Shown here: piece by piece, positions 62,678-64,000 of the stretch | How the letters are laid out: every line of letters starts with the position of its first letter | How positions within the stretch are numbered: the stretch's first letter is position 1 | Origin: an uncultured virus (IMG/VR IMGVR_UViG_3300021400_000397) | Taxonomy: Duplodnaviria; Heunggongvirae; Uroviricota; Caudoviricetes | Direction: 5' to 3' (one strand) | Length of the DNA stretch: 64,000 bases | Virus record (IMG/VR): IMGVR_UViG_3300021400_000397 | Notes under the pieces: model-generated | Told to the model about the DNA's origin: nothing | What the model saw: the letters and a program-made list of their open reading frames with translations, nothing else | Databases searched by the model: none | Position numbers and translations under genes: made by a program

Positions 62678-62707
62678 AGTATATCACATCTCCTTGTGCG
62701 GTGTCAA
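62678..62707 (-). promoter_or_regulatory. sigma70-like promoter immediately upstream of the resolvase
   Basis: Minus strand TTGACA-18 nt-TATACT with TGTGA extended -10. Confidence 0.7.
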
Positions 62708-63036
62708 TGGGTAGCTTTGCGCTTTCTTTTCGCCGGCAGGAACTCGTCGGGGTCCAGGTCGTTCATCACGACCGGCGCCCGGGCCCCTATGTACGGAAGC
62801 GAGCGGATGGTGTTGAACTCGATCCAGTCGATGGCGTCCTCCCGGCTCCACCTGTTCGCCTCGCACAGCGCCTCCGCCAGCTTGTCGTAGGAGTACACCA
62901 GCCTCCCGTCGGTCGTCACGCCGACGAGCCCGCCGTCGAACTCCGGGCCGTCCAGCAGGACGGTGTCGTCGCCGTACAGCTCGGCCAGGTACTCCCTGAG
63001 CGCCTTCCGGCGCGCGTTCATCTGCCTCTTAGTCAT
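62704..63036 (-). CDS. Phage hypothetical protein (110 aa)
   Basis: LLDG..FD..LVGV...VYSY...EDAIDWIEFN...YIG..P pattern, which I recall as common in phages. Confidence 0.65.
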   Translation of the reverse strand: MTKRQMNARRKALREYLAELYGDDTVLLDGPEFDGGLVGVTTDGRLVYSYDKLAEALCEANRWSREDAIDWIEFNTIRSLPYIGARAPVVMNDLDPDEFLPAKRKRKATH

Positions 63037-63247
63037 TTTCGCTCCCCGGTTTCTCCTCTATGGTAAGCTCGACGAGGTGCAGGCTTCCAAGGTCGCCGTA
63101 GGCCCCCTGCTCCTCGTGGTCGCGTTCGTATTTGGACGTGAAGTCCTGGTGCATGCTGGCCGACTTGTACTCGACGTCGTCGGGGAGGCCCCGTATCGCC
63201 TTCGACAGGAGCGAGCGCAGCTCCTTCGCGATTTCCCTCTTGGTCAT
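63029..63247 (-). CDS. Hypothetical protein (72 aa)
   Basis: RBS AAAGGAG. Confidence 0.55.
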   Translation of the reverse strand: MTKREIAKELRSLLSKAIRGLPDDVEYKSASMHQDFTSKYERDHEEQGAYGDLGSLHLVELTIEEKPGSEND

Positions 63248-63285
63248 GTTCCGTTCTCCTTTCCGCAAAAATAAGCCCCGGCGGC

Positions 63286-64000
63286 TCAGGCGTGCGCCTG
63301 TGCCGTCGGGGTGTCGTCCCTCCTGAGGAAGTCGTAGGCTATCCGCCACACGCGCCCCTCCTCGGAGTACTCCAGGTTGTAGGCGTCCTTCGAGAGCATC
63401 GTCTTGAGCGCGACGCCGAGGTCCTGCCTGTTGAACTCCCGCTGCAGGGTGGGGTCGATGGACGTCAGCCACCGGTACAGCGAGTTGAGCGTCCCCTCGA
63501 ACGCCCACTCCCCGTCGCCCGCCTCCTGGACGGCCCTCGCCTGGCCCACCCGGTCGAATATGGCCTCCAGGATGACCGGGGTCGTCCCGTTCTCCAGGGA
63601 CGCCCTCCTCAGCTCGGGGTGCTGCCACGCCTTCACGCCGAAGCGCCCGTCGCGGATGTCCCCCGGGATCGAGTAGTTCCTCAGGAACCACGCGAAGTGC
63701 GGCAGCTCCTCGTGGAGCCACCTCAGGTTCTCCGCCCAGTGCGGGGCCGGGGAGAACTCGAACTGCGCGTCCGAGAGCTTCAGCATCATGAACTTGTCCT
63801 CGGTGGACTGCTCGAGCGACGGTATGACGCTGAGCGACTGCGGGTCCAGGTTCGACAGGATCACGACGCGGCCGTGCCACGGGAGCGCGTTCACCGCCGA
63901 GCCGAACTTCGCCTCGTAGCGTATGGTCTGCAGCGACACCGCCTGCTTGAGCCGCTCGGTGAACCCCTTGAAGCCCTGCTTCGTCAGCGTGCCGAGGCAG
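63286..64000 (-). CDS. C-terminal part of a primase-associated SF3/DUF5906-like helicase (truncated by the window)
   Basis: LKQAV...RYEAKF...RVVILSN...EDKF...ELPHF follows SF3 helicase motif C and downstream elements. Confidence 0.6.
   Translation of the reverse strand, partial: CLGTLTKQGFKGFTERLKQAVSLQTIRYEAKFGSAVNALPWHGRVVILSNLDPQSLSVIPSLEQSTEDKFMMLKLSDAQFEFSPAPHWAENLRWLHEELPHFAWFLRNYSIPGDIRDGRFGVKAWQHPELRRASLENGTTPVILEAIFDRVGQARAVQEAGDGEWAFEGTLNSLYRWLTSIDPTLQREFNRQDLGVALKTMLSKDAYNLEYSEEGRVWRIAYDFLRRDDTPTAQAHA

Noticed and set aside
1..64000. Stop-codon reassignment
   Set aside because: TAA, TAG and TGA all terminate well-supported genes, and coding density is high under the standard code.
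1..64000. Host assignment to the PVC group (e.g. Kiritimatiellae) from GC content, LCGC lipoboxes and protein style
   Set aside because: Impression only; it needs CRISPR-spacer, prophage or homology evidence.

Overview
This window is about 64 kb of a GC-rich, tailed dsDNA bacteriophage genome (standard genetic code; no tRNA, CRISPR array or integrase seen). Positions 1-12.6 kb hold a minus-strand repeat protein, adhesin/tail-fibre-like genes with YadA-type and collagen repeats, a holin-like gene and a lipoprotein. Positions 12.6-28 kb hold terminase large subunit, probable portal, scaffold, major capsid protein, a head-tail protein and likely internal virion proteins. Positions 28-51 kb are one 7,685-codon gene. 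It contains a two-barrel RNA-polymerase signature (RxP...GSDTDGD plus an upstream Lys pair), two HExxH zincin motifs, and a ParB-like plus RelA/SpoT-like cassette with shifted codon usage. It is best read as a virion-ejected polyvalent RNA polymerase and is the strongest novelty candidate. Positions 54.6-64 kb are a minus-strand block of small genes: GroES-like, HAD, ThyX-like, HD hydrolase, HU-like, HTH/TerS-like, RuvC-like and a partial primase-helicase. Six sigma70-like promoters share an extended -10 with an 18-nt spacer, and several overlap inverted repeats. The capsid gene has a structured leader of about 150 nt. All functional calls come from motif recognition by eye; no database searches were run.
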